Positions 47,811-60,517 of a DNA stretch of 64,000 nt are shown piece by piece (position 1 is the first letter of the stretch; every line of letters starts with the position of its first letter). Origin of the DNA: Squalus acanthias. Lineage: Eukaryota. The DNA is taken from NCBI GenBank assembly GCA_030390025.1, contig CM059453.1:7440001-7504000 (forward strand), in the 5' to 3' direction. Made by a program: the position numbers and the translations under genes. Below the pieces are notes generated by a model that saw nothing but the letters and a program-made list of their open reading frames with translations, was not told the origin of the DNA and did no database searches.

Positions 47811-48969
47811 AAAAATATTGCACCTGTTCAAAAGGCGCCTCAGCACACCATTCTCAAGGGAAACTAGGGATGGGCAATAAATGCCGGATTTGCCAGAGAC
47901 GCCCCCTGCCGAGAGTTATTTTAAAAATGTTCCTGCATTTTTCCCACGGCCAATTTTCCAATTATGCCCCCTTCTGAACATGTTGTTTCTTGTTGAAATG
48001 TGATTCCCGCCGGTAGCTCTCAAATAATCAGATCTTAGCTGGCAAGACTCAAAGCGATTATCGGCGGGATTTTTAACAGGAGCGGGAGCCCTGACTGACC
48101 TTTAAGTGCCTAGCACATTACAGCTAGACAGCGGACAGACTAATTGCTGCATTGGTCCTTGGTTTTTCAGAATTTTGGACAGTCTACAATGGGAATTTAT
48201 ATTGCAGTTTGTTGTAATTTCGCTGATTCCTCCTGCAGCCCGAGCTCTTGCTTGTTCCATGTTCTGTGTGAATGAAGGCTTCTCAATCCAACATCGCCAG
48301 GTCGTGGCAGGGCGAGAGCATTACACAGGCGATCTGTCACTGTATCATCAGACACATCTGAGTCCAACACGGGTAGAAATCCCGCATCTTGCGCAGACAA
48401 ACTGCTAGTTTACCTCACCCTCCCCAACATAGACTGTTGAAGTATGTACAGGTGCGTTAACCGAAGCAGATTTGGGTGGAAAATGTGCTCTGCTTGATGC
48501 GATGCACTGGCTTCCTTTGTCCATTAGATGGCGTTCGCTGTGATCTGGTCGGTTTGCACACATCCTGTCGATGGAATGAACAGCGCCAAAGGCCTTTTGA
48601 ACCACTTTGCAGAGAAAGCAGAGGAAGCTTCATTTAGCTGAGTGGAATCTTAACCAGAAAACGTAGTGAAGCTTGTAAAGTTCCTGTTGGAATACCTGTT
48701 CCTATTAGCAATACATCCTGTGTGTATTAGGTTGAATTATATTAAAGGGTGGCGATTTAACAAGGTGACTCTTTGCTTCACTTCATGCTTATTATCTGGT
48801 TGCCGTTTGAACACAGTTACGGGGCCTCGTTTAACATCTAATCGAAAGAACGGGACTTCCGGCAATGTTGCACTCCTTCACAGTCATTTTATGGCAATCA
48901 GCGTGCTTTTTTAATTTAACTGGGACTTTGGAATGTGTTACACTCTGCCGGCAAATAAGTTATTGTAAA

Positions 48970-49497
48970 ATAAATACAAAACCATATTATTGCGGATGCT
49001 GGAAATCTGAAATGAAAACAGAAAATGCTGGAAATACTCAGCAGCTCAGGCAGCATCGTGGAGAGTGCAACAGAGTTAACGTTTAAGGTCGGTGAATTTT
49101 CAGGAGAACTGGAAGAGGTTAGAGATGTAATAGGTTTTAAGCAAGTGCAGAGGCAGGGAAACGGGGAGAGGAGGAAAGAACAAGAGGGAAGTTCTGTGAT
49201 AGTGTGACAAAAGCATGATGGTGCGAGGTGAAAATTTATGGTATGGGACAAGTAAATAAACAAAAGGTGGATTTAGAGGAGATGTAAATGGGCATAGCAG
49301 AATCATCAGCAACAGCTTCCGTCCGAAAAAATGCGGGCAGAGATTATGAACTGAAATTGTGGAACTCAATGTTGAGTCCGGAAGGCTGTAAAGTGCCTAA
49401 TCGAAAGATGAGGTGCTGTTCCTTGAGGTTCCATTGAGCTTTATTGGAACAATGTAGGAAGTGGAGGACAGAGAGGTCAGAGTGGGAATGGGGAGCT
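48970..49497 (-). mobile_element. Penelope 3'-end fragment (unit 2)
   Basis: EQHLIFRLGTLQPSGLNIEFHNFSS in ORF 49344-49739. Confidence 0.88.
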
Positions 49498-50009
49498 GAA
49501 TTAAAGTTTGTTTCTTGCTGTCCCATCCGGTTGTGACTGCAGTGACAGTAATCCAGAGAACCAAATTTCAAATCCAAACATGGCAGTTTCAGAATGTGAA
49601 TGCAGGTTTTACAAATCAGCACGTAAAAAAGCTGGAATCCCTGAGAGTGACCTTGCAGCTGTTGAATGCCACTCAGTCGAATCAAACTCAGTGCAGCCTT
49701 GGATGAGAATGAAATACATTTTTTGCCATCCCATCGCATGTCTAGGTAGCGTGTCGAAAAATATTCTAAGAATGAAGCTCAAGTTGAATTACTCGCAGAC
49801 CCACCTCTTTATAATTCCATCCTTTCAGAAGGAAAGCGATGTAATCAGAATAAATATTTATGAAAGTTTAGCTGCTGCAGTGAAGGAACCTGTGGTAGTT
49901 GACAGGAAGGTGAAGGTTTATTACACTGGGCTGGGAGACGGTGCAAATCTAAGCCCACAAACGAAAGAGAGAGTCAACGCTATCCGGCAGGGCTTTTTAA
50001 CCACATAAT

Positions 50010-50655
50010 GGGGAGGGGTCCCCCTCCAGAGACTTGAGCACACAAATCTAGGCTGACACTCCAGTGCAGTACTGAGGGAGCGCTGCACTGTCGGACGGGC
50101 AGTACTGAAGGAGGGCCGCACTGTTGGAGGGGCAGTGCTGGGGAAGCGCCGCACTGTTGGAGGGAGACTAATGGGGGAGCGCTGCACATTGGGAGGGGCA
50201 GTTCTGAGGGAGCGCTGCACTGTCGGCGTGGCAGTCCTGAGGGAGCGTGGCATTGTCGGAGCACTGTACTGAGGGAGCGCTACACTATAGAGGGTCAGGA
50301 ACTGAGCGCGTGCTGCATTGTCGCAGGGCCAATACTGAGGGAGCGCCGCGCTTTCGGAGGGGCAGTAATGAGGGAGCGCTGCACTGTCGGAGGTGCCGCC
50401 TTTCGGATGAGACGTTAAAGCAAGGCCCCATCTGCCCTCACAGGTGGACTAAAAGATCCAATTGCCACTATTTCGAAGAAGAGCAGGGGAAAAATCTGGT
50501 CACTATCAAATTGCTGCTTTTGGGAGCTTACTGTGCGCAAATTCGCTGCCACGTTTCCTAAATTACAACAGTGTCCTCACTTCGAAAGTACTTCATTGGC
50601 TGTAAAGCATTTGGGACTTCCTAAATGGCGCTATAGTAATGCAATTCTTTCTGTT
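50010..50655 (+). mobile_element. Deu-domain SINE with 33-bp expansion (unit 2, one extra unit)
   Basis: Copy of 13530-14145. Confidence 0.75.
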
Positions 50656-51463
50656 CTTTTTGTTCCGAATTGAAATAAATGTTCGAACTGGGAAATAGTT
50701 ATTTAATTAATAAACCAGATGAAAAAGTTTAAAATTACATTGACCATTCACGCCCCCTTCCTGCACAGTTTCGGAAGTATGTTTGGAGTGAACAATCTCG
50801 GGATTGTAAATCAAATCGTCTCACAAAGAGATTTTAAAATGTTAGCTAGTAGTTTCTGAGAGATCTCCATTATCACAGCACTACCTGGAGTGCGAGTTTC
50901 TGTTCTAACTCATAAAAAACAATTGTGTGAAGATGTTGACCAGTTCCATCTGTCAGAATAGTGTGAATGCCGCTGATTTTCATTTGCTTTTAATTGCGGC
51001 TTATTCACTGGACTCCTCGTGCTGGAGATATCGCTCCTGCTTTCGAGCGTTTCAAACACTGACAGCTGCATACAGAACCTCTTCACTTTGAGCTGACTGG
51101 TTTGATGGAGCCCCTCTCACACCAGTGTTTCTATACTTGTCTTGTCTCTTTAACAGAAAGTAGTGCGTTAGATGTGGAGGTACTGAACCGGGAGAGACTG
51201 CGCTTACTATTCCAGATTAACTCGCTTTATTCCATCACTGCCACCATTCTAATTGTCCTATTCAGCTCCTTCTGCCTCGAAAAGGAAACCTTGGGCTTCC
51301 GCTGGCCCCGAGTACTGGCGCGCCAAGAGTATTGCCCCCTCCTCAACACTTAGACGACTGATTTAGATAGCGCCGCGAACGTTCAGAGGAGCGGTACCAA
51401 ACAACATTTGAGACCGACCATTAATGTCCCCTTGAACATTTAATAGGTTCACATAACACTTAC

Positions 51464-54400
51464 ATTGTACATAAATCTGTGAGAAGCTGTTTGCGGTGCC
51501 CAGGTTATTTTCAGCCACGCACCAATACTCCCCGTCATCTCCAGAACTAATGCTGTGAAATATCTGCTTCAGTTCACCGGTGGAAGACCTGCTGATCTCT
51601 GTACCATCTCGGAGCAACGTTAATCTGACCGGCGGGTACCCCATGGCCGTTCAGTATAATAATAATGAACTTCCTTCCACTGTTACTATAGAGGAATTGA
51701 CGCTTGGTTTCGACAGTGCATCTGAAACACGCAAGATCATTGGTGTTATCGGAAAATGTCGGAACAGAGGTTTAAAAAACAATCCGGTTGACAACCAACG
51801 AAGAATATTGAAGCAGATTTGGTGGTTATATTGTCAACTGTAAATTGAAAAGCCAGCTTGAGATTGTTGATGTTCCACCGACAAGCTTATTTAGATCTGA
51901 ACCATGCTTTAACTCAACCTTTCCTCCTCTTCTCTTCAAAGAGTTGTATTGACTGCCTGGACGTGGTTCTGCCCCACCGATAAGTCAATCAAGCGGCCAT
52001 TCCTCCGAGAGCAAGAACAGTGGACTGTCACATCCCTTCAACAGACCTGTTGAGGCCAATTGTAGTAACCGGACCACCGCCCCAGCCAACTCGACACAAA
52101 CCCTCTGTGTCAACTACTCTCTGGCTGCAACTATATCAGGAATTAGGAGCCTTTGGAATAATATTTGACGTAAACGAAAACCACGGAGCGACCAATATTA
52201 CTCCATGGGTCTGTGTCAATGTTAAATAATACAACTTACAATAAATCTCATACAGTCAATTTGATTCATTGATTGTAGAAACATAGGCCATTCAGCACTT
52301 CCAGGCTGTTGCACTAATCAATTAGATCATGGTTAATCCATATCGTAACTCCTTCTACCCGCGTTTCCTTTATTGTAACCCTTAATACGGTTACCTAAAA
52401 AAAAATCTATACATCGCAGTTTGAAATTTTCAATTTTCCAGGCCAGCTATCACTCCATTGAGAATAAAGACAAGTTTGGATCCTATTTACCAACAGGATG
52501 GTAGAATGAAGGGTACAGCAGTTACTTACAGTCCAGTGTAAGTGTTTCTTGAACGGTACCATCAACTACAAGCTTACATCCCAGACTTTTCCCTTTATGG
52601 TCCAGTGATGGTGTGAAGGTGAAAGTTGATGAAACCGTCCAGGAACCCTCGAAACTTTCGCCATTATGTCTTGAAGGTTTTGTCTCTTGCAGTGAAGGAA
52701 GTTTATCCTCGTCCTGAATCCACATCAGTTCAGGTTTGGCGGACTGGCAAATGGTGGTGACTGAGCAGGTCAAATGTGCTGGTTGCCCAGCAATCAGTTC
52801 CCCAGAGACTGATATCCATGACTTATCTGTAAGGAGAGAATGAAATTCGAGTTACAGTGGCTTTCAGAATAATAAAAATATGGAGTGAAGTTCAAGGCGA
52901 TTCAGCCCAACGCCTGAGATAATATCTTGAATAATGTTTTATTCTTTTTGCATTTCTTCTCTTGTGACGGACACGGACTCGATGGACCGAATGACCTCCT
53001 TCTGTGCCGTTATGACTATATGGTGCAGTGGAAGGAGCCTATTGTCAGTTATCACTTAATGGTTACGGAATCAATCGGTTGATATATGTCTTCCTGAACC
53101 TAATTATCACCAACTATATAACATGAATTATTCATTGTTGGCCAATTTCTTATAGATCAGTCACCACTCTATTGCACACAGGAATTTCAACTCAAAATTA
53201 GGTCTGACAAACAGAGAAAACTGGGTCCAAGATTATGTTCCATATCTGCAGTTGGGATAGAATCTTGGATATTCTTAGACTAATGGCTCAGTGTCACGCG
53301 AAACGCTTAATTTATCCTATGAGGCACAAGGGTGAATTTAACACTTGCTGATAATTAATTTAACCTAATTTAAGGTCGTGATAGGAGCGCTGCAGATGGT
53401 CTTCAGGGAGAGGAAAAGGTTAACTATCTTCCTTTATTCCCATTAACAACAGCGGGAAAGTGCAAATATATCAGAGAAAGCAAGACCCGTTTCGGGGTTT
53501 AAGCCCCACTTCAGAGACTAAAGCTTAAGCTGTAGCCTGACACTCCATTGCAGTACTGAAGCAATGCTACAATGCTGGAGATGCCATCTTATGGATGAAA
53601 CGTTAAACCGATGTCCCGTCTTCCCTCACAGGTGGATGATAAAGATCCTAATGTATTATTTCAAATGTCCCGTGTCCTGGTTAATATTTTGCATCAACCA
53701 GCACCTAAAACAGATCATCTGGTCACAATTGCATTGCTGAGATATCCCTCCTATCCTTAAATCTTGTCCACTTATTCTCCTCAGAAGTACAAACCTTGAC
53801 ATTTTTGTCCCGAATCCACGAAGGATTGAATTTTGATCCGCCAGTCTGTACATCTGAATACAACATTTAGTGTTTCTCTTTCTAACTGAACATTACAGCG
53901 AGCTTCTGTAAGTGTGTAAGAATGGCAGTGCTGAATATCTGTTCAGGTCAAAACATAACAAGTCAACTGGTCCAAATGGGATGCATCCTAGGTTGCTCAA
54001 AAGCTAGGATGGATATAGCAGAAGCTCTGACCACAATCTTTCAATCCTCCTTAGATATTGGAGTGATACCACAAGACTAGAGCATTTTGAAATGTTACAC
54101 CGCTGTTCAAAAAAGTGGAGACGGATGAACCTGGGAACTAAAGCTTAATCAGTCTAACGTCAGTGTTGGGAAAGCTAAATAAGTCCACTGTGAAGGACGA
54201 GATTAATTCTCACTTTGAGAAGCATGGATTTATTAGGGACAGCCAGCAGGGCTTTGTTAAAGGCAAATCGTGACTGACTATCCTGATTGAGTTATTTGAT
54301 GAAGTAATAGAGAGGGTTGATGAAGGTAGTGCAGTAGATGTTGTATATGTGGACGTTCAAAAGGCATTAGATGAAGTAACTCATAACAGACTATTCGGAA

Positions 54401-56490
54401 AATAGAAGAACAGTGTATTTAAGGGATGGTGGCAACGTGATTACGAAATCGGTTAAGGGATATAAGGCAGAGAGTCGGAGTGAACGGCTGCTTTTCTGAC
54501 AGGAGCGAAGTATGCTGTGGGATCCCCAGGGGGTCGATATTAGGACCATTGCTATTCTTGTTCCATATAAATGATCTGGACTTGGGTATTGGGAGTAACG
54601 TTTCGAAGTTTGCAGGTGATACAAAACTGGGCAACGTATTAAATAGTGAGCATGATCGTAGCAGAGTTTAGGAGGACATCTACAGACTGTTAAAATGGGC
54701 AGGCACATGGCAGATGCAATTTACTGCGGATAAGTGTGAAGCACAAATGCACTTTGGGAGAAATATATGGAGAGGCAACATACTCTAACTAGTACTATTT
54801 TGAGGTAGGCTGCAAGAACAGAGGGACATGGGGTACATATTGGCAAATCTTTGAAGATGGCAGGGTAAATTGATAAGGCGTTTAAAACGAAAGCACATAG
54901 GATACTTCGGTTATTTTTACAGAGGGGCGTTGAAAACAAAAATAAGGAAGTCTAGCTCAAGTTTCACAAATCTCTGGTTTGGCCTCAGCTGGAGTTTTGT
55001 GTCCAATTCTCGGCTCTACACTTGAGGAAGGAGATCAAGCCTTGGAGGAGGTAAAGAAGAAGTTTGCCAGGATAATACCAGGGACGAGGATGTTCAGATA
55101 CGTGTAGAGATTGGAGAAGCTGGGCTTGTTCTCCTTAAAGCAGATAAGGATAACGGGAGACCTAACAGTGCTATTCAAAATTGAAGGGTTTTGATAGAAT
55201 AATTAAGGAGAAACCATTTCCTCTGGCATTTGGGTTGGTAATCAAAGTTCTCACATTTAAACCAATTGGCATAATAACTCGTGGGGAAATGGGGAGAAAT
55301 TTCTTCACCCAGATGGTTGCTAAGATTTAGAATGCACCACCTGAAGGACTTGTGGAATCCGATTCAATGGAAAAAATTTAAAAGCAATTGGAGCTGTCCT
55401 AAAAAGAAGGTTGATTTACAGGGTTCTGTGGAAAAAGATGGGAGTGGAACTAAATTCTATAGCTCTTTCAAAGAGCCGGCACAGGCGTGGTCGGCCGAAT
55501 CGTCTCCTTCTGTGCTGTAAGATTCTATGATTCTATTCTATAACACACTCATGGGTATCATGCAGTGCACCAGCCCTGCAGCTGTAGCCTGTGACTTGGG
55601 CCAAGAGTAACAAGACATCTTTACATTTAAGCTCAAGTTAAATGGCACTGAGGAGATCGAAGATAAACTACAAAGGAACAATTCAAAAAACTTACGTAAA
55701 ACAGAAAGCGTGACCTTAGACCTGGTAGAATATCGTTCTATATTATTCTGGGCGGTGATGATCTTCAATATGAAATAATAGGCACCTTGATCGCGCTTGC
55801 TGATGTCCTTTAACCGTAAGGAACATTGTTTCTTTATAACTTCGCCGGTGAACTCAGCTCGACCGCTATATTTCAAGGGCACTTTGACTAAATCCATGGA
55901 ATCATAAATAATCGAGACCCCTGAGGTTCCAGGATCAGGACCCCCCTTTAACCACATACTCTGTGGACTGCGTCCAAAGGCGGGATAATCAAATGTACAC
56001 GGGATCTCTGCACATGACCCGTTCACCGCCGACACCTTTTATCGGCATCCTCACAGACCATCGTGAACTGTGGACAACTGGTGAAAAAATAGAAATTATA
56101 CACGCATTGAAATCTGCAATAATATAGCAATTTAATCGTACCCTGACCGTCAAGTTAAACACTATTAATTAAACCTTTAAAGACCCACTAACATATTCAT
56201 TAGTACATCTAATGAAATTCGTGCAATTTTCTACAAAACTCTTTAAATTGTATTAAATATTCCATTGCAAGCCAATAAATCATAGCGTAATTATCAAATC
56301 AATCCTATATAATACACAACAAAAGTTCCGAATAAAATGTACAGTAAATACGCACTGTATGAATGCACAAATCATTGGCTAATCGTATGCTATGTCTAAA
56401 ACATTGTTATTTTTTCTGACATAAATTATTAAAAATGAATATTTTACCTTGGCTAAATATCAGAATGGAAATAAATCGAATGCTCTTCAT
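51464..56490 (-). pseudogene. Siglec-like gene A, unit 2 (exons 56490-56448, 56077-55696, 52826-52530, 51721-51464)
   Basis: Same +1 frameshift in the V exon and same TGA (51653-51651) as unit 1. Confidence 0.85.
53958..55541 (+). mobile_element. CR1 LINE 3' fragment (unit 2)
   Basis: GIPRGSILGPLLFLFHINDLD..SKFAGDTKLG. Confidence 0.88.
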
Positions 56491-57329
56491 GACTGGAGCT
56501 GGTTGACGATATCAAAATGACATAAATTGTTGTTATCTCAGATATAAGTGATGTAGTTTCTGTGTTCGGTTCGGCAGTAATATATTGGAGTTCGTAATGA
56601 ATTGAATCAGAGTATTCGGAGTTCAGCTGTTCGCCACCCACCAATCATTGGGAACCGTGGTAGCTCACATAGCTTTCGCCACTCCTCAAATTTTGTTGAT
56701 CTAAACTGCTGGAAATCTGGGACTCATCAAATATAACAGTTTACATTAGTGTGTGGCCCGCTGTTGCAGGATATATGAGGCTCACTTACTGCTAAAGAAC
56801 CCTGAGCAGAGATGCACCCAACCCTCTCATCATCTGCACATTTACAGTACAGTCAGTGGCACTTTAGTTTGCAATATCTAAAATAGCCTCTACATCAACT
56901 TTAGACGCCTCGACTCTCAACTCCCACACACTGAGCTATTTATCAGCGCTTTAACTGCGAGTGTTTCAAGTCTGAAGCTATGGTTATTTCTGTAGCCGTT
57001 GTCGACAGACGTGTGGCTTGATCACCTTCAGTAGTTCGGGGGCACAACACGTATCTGAAATGTCAAAAGTTCAAGTGTTTCTCAGAAAACAGTTTCAAGA
57101 GCGTAAAGTGCCATTTTTAGAAGTGACTTCAGCTGTTTATATTAACAGTCCAGCGAGCTGAAACCTGCTGCAATTAACTCATTGAGATCCGAGTTGCTAC
57201 CATGACAGGTTTATGAAGTTTCTGACTTTAGTTTTAGAACTGTGAGGTGTGACTTGAGCTTTTAGATTCGAGTCTCAGCGCTGCTGGAAAGAATGAGGAT
57301 ATTTTTATCTACGGGAACAAATCTCTGCG

Positions 57330-57510
57330 ATGTGTTTTCACACCCAGGTCTCAGCTTGGCTTCACTGACTAGTATAGGGATGTGTGTTCACACCCAGGTC
57401 TCAGCTTGGCTTTACTGACCATTTCAGGGATGTGTGTTCAGACCCAGGTCTCAACTTGGCTTTACTGACTAGTTCAGGAATGTGTGTTCAGACCCAGGTT
57501 CCAGTTTGCT
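57330..57510 (+). repeat. 50-bp tandem repeat (unit 2)
   Basis: Copy of 20809-20990. Confidence 0.85.
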
Positions 57511-58159
57511 TCAACAATAAAATAAGCCACAATGTCTGGTCAATCCCAGAGTGGCGGTTGGTGCAATGCAACCTGCTCAATGAATCTCCACACAAGCCCC
57601 AGTTTGCTCAGCTTCCTCCGACATCTCACTTCTTCACTGTTTACAGGCCACGAAGGACATGCTTGTTTTTCCAAAGTTCATCTCTTATTACCCTTACTTT
57701 CTCAATTTGCACCTAATCACTGTGCATATCTTTACTGTCTCCTCTCGCTGCCTTCCTCTCCCATTCTCGAGGGTGCCCAGTTATACCTAGTTTAGTAAAG
57801 GTGGCAGGGATTTTCCGCTGCTGTCTTAATTGCAAACTGCACCCAGAATACGCTGGAAATTGTGCCACTTTTGACTAGCTAAAGTTACGTTCAAGTTTCC
57901 ACTCACACTCATTAGCATAAGCCCCTAATGTAAACTCTCCCATGAACCTGGGCAATTGAGCGAAATGGATGCGTGACTGAAACAGGGGGCATTTCTACAG
58001 CATCACAAAGCGGGGTGGGTTTCTTTTGAAATGAGCCAATCGTTCGCTTCTCTGATTGGCCAGTGAGGATGACGTGTCACCAATCTAATAAAAATTAACG
58101 CAATTGCCCCAATTTTACGCAGAATCAAAAAGGTCCAAATTGTCATTAAATATAAGGAG

Positions 58160-58455
58160 AAACTTTGTGGAATTATATCATTTTTGGCCGTATCGACAAT
58201 GCTCTCTCGTCCCTCCGGTGTCCACCGCTCGCGGAAGGCCTCAGGCAGACCGGGAATCACCGCATGCTCCCACTCCAGGGACACAGGAACGTGTTGCGAG
58301 GCAGGCAGTCAGACCAAATGTTCCCCTGTGCCGGGTACTGCCTGGACCTGTGAATGGCCACCTTGGCCAAGCCCAGGAGTTGACCCACGAGGAGGTCTGG
58401 CGACTTCCCCTCCGCACCAGGTGGCCAATGAGAATTACTGTGTCTCCCTATATTG
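58160..58455 (-). mobile_element. Tx1-clade ORF2 C-terminal fragment (unit 2)
   Basis: LLGLAKVAIHRSRQ and SLEWEHAVIPGLPEAFRERWTPEG. Confidence 0.7.
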
Positions 58456-58548
58456 ACCACACTGATCTGTTTGGCCGAAACTAACGGTTCAATCAATTTT
58501 ATCTGTGTCTGTTACAGCAATATTTGTATTTACGACAGGAACCTTTAT

Positions 58549-60517
58549 TCCATTTCACACGTCCCAGACCTCATAACTAAATTTTTATAAATGCACTGCA
58601 ACAAATAGGGTGGAATTTGTGTTTAGTACTGCAAAATTACTGAGCATAAGTGTAAATGTAAAGTGTTAAATCAATTAGATGAAAGTCTGTTTACCACAGC
58701 GTAAAACGGTTAACTGTCAAACAGCTCCTATCTATGACGTCAGAGATGCATATGTTGCGCTCCTTAACGAAAGTAACGAAACCACACGTTCACAGACTGC
58801 AGCAAGCTAACTAACTGTAGTTAACCACTCTCCATCATTCATCTCGTATTTGCTGGCAGAAAGCTGAATATGTGTTAAATGTGAGTCAGAGGCGTCTGCA
58901 AGCGTGGGCGGTGCCATTCTGACACAGACGCCAATATATCAATATCATAAGTAAAAGTACATTTGGTGTTTGTGTGTGTTTATTAGAGAGAGCGAGATGT
59001 TGTTTCTGTATTAAGTATTCTTTAGCAACTGTTAAACATACCATAACATCATATTCTGTTACAGTCGGTCACACGCTGACCATGTACAAGATGTGATGGC
59101 TGCCTATCTCACCAACGGACCTGATTGAGTGAGCACTGTTCCTACAGATCGGTAGGAATCGAAACGGACTTCCGCGATAGTCTGATCCTGATTAGCAAAG
59201 AAATCCAAGATGTGACTGGAAAGAAGAATTCAGAAATCTGATCGGTCTTAATTGTGAAACAGGTTCTAAAATTTGAGAGTGAATTCGGCAGCAGATTCCA
59301 GCCATGAGGAGTTGTGCGCTCGTTTCGTAGATTTTCACTTCAGTGCTTCAGGATGAATCAATCTATGTGCAAAGTGGGCAAATATTATAATATCCCTGGC
59401 CGGGTGGGAAACGTGTGGGAGGGCTCAGCCCAGCATACAACACCCCGCCCGATGTTCATTCACGTTGAATTCAAATAATAAATCAACTGATGACTGATTC
59501 TGGCGAAGTTGATTTTAAGATCTGAGCCTCTTGTCCCCAATTGGAATAATTAGTTCGATCCTGAACACACGTCAATTTCATTCCACTTGCTCCCAGTGAA
59601 ATTTGGAGAAAAAATGGCTGAGAATTACGATGTATCGAGGATTCTGCCCACACTGATCATGTTGCAGGACCTGTTGTTTCAATCACTTTCAGCTACATAT
59701 TTTCCAGCGGTGTTTGCATTTTCGACAAAAAGCTTCAAGTCCATTTTACACGTCCCAGACCTCAAACCTAAATTGCAATAAAAGCACTGCAACAAATAGG
59801 GTAGATTTTCTGTTAAGTTCTGCAAAATTAGCGAGCTTGAGTGTGAATGTAAAGATTTAATTTAAGCAGATGAAAGGCTATTTACCACAGCGTCAAACGG
59901 TTTACTGTGGAACAGCTCCTATCTGTGACGTCAGAGATGCATATGCAGCGCTCCTCAACGAAAGTGACGAAACCGCACGTCCACAGACTGCAGCAAGCTA
60001 ACTAACTGTAGTTACACCTCTGCAACATTCATCTCGTATTAGCTGCCAGGAAGCTGAATATGTGTGAAATGTGAGTCAAATGCATCTGCAAGCGTGGGCT
60101 GCACATTCTGTCGCAGCCGCCGACATATCAGCATCATAAGTAACTGTACATTTGGTGTTTGTATGTGTTTGTTCGAGAGAGAGAGAGAGAGAGATGTTGT
60201 TTCTGTATTAAGTATTATTTTGCAACGGTTAAACATACCATAACATCATATTCTGTAACAGTCGGTCACACGCAGCCCATGTACATGATGTGCCAGCTGC
60301 CTAACTCACCAACGGAGCTGATTGAGTGAGCACTGTTCCTGCAGATCAGTATGCTCGAATCGGACTTCCCCGATAGTCTGATGCTGATTAGCAAAGAAAT
60401 CCATATGTGACTGGAAAGAAGAATGCTGAAATCTGAATGGTGTTAATTGTGAATTGGGTTCTTCATTTTGCGAGTGAAATCGGCAGCATTTTCCAGCCAT
60501 GAGGAGTTGCACGTTGC
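58549..60517 (+). promoter_or_regulatory. Duplicated gene B upstream block (unit 2)
   Basis: Copy of 22029-23997 with both TGACGTCA sites retained. Confidence 0.78.
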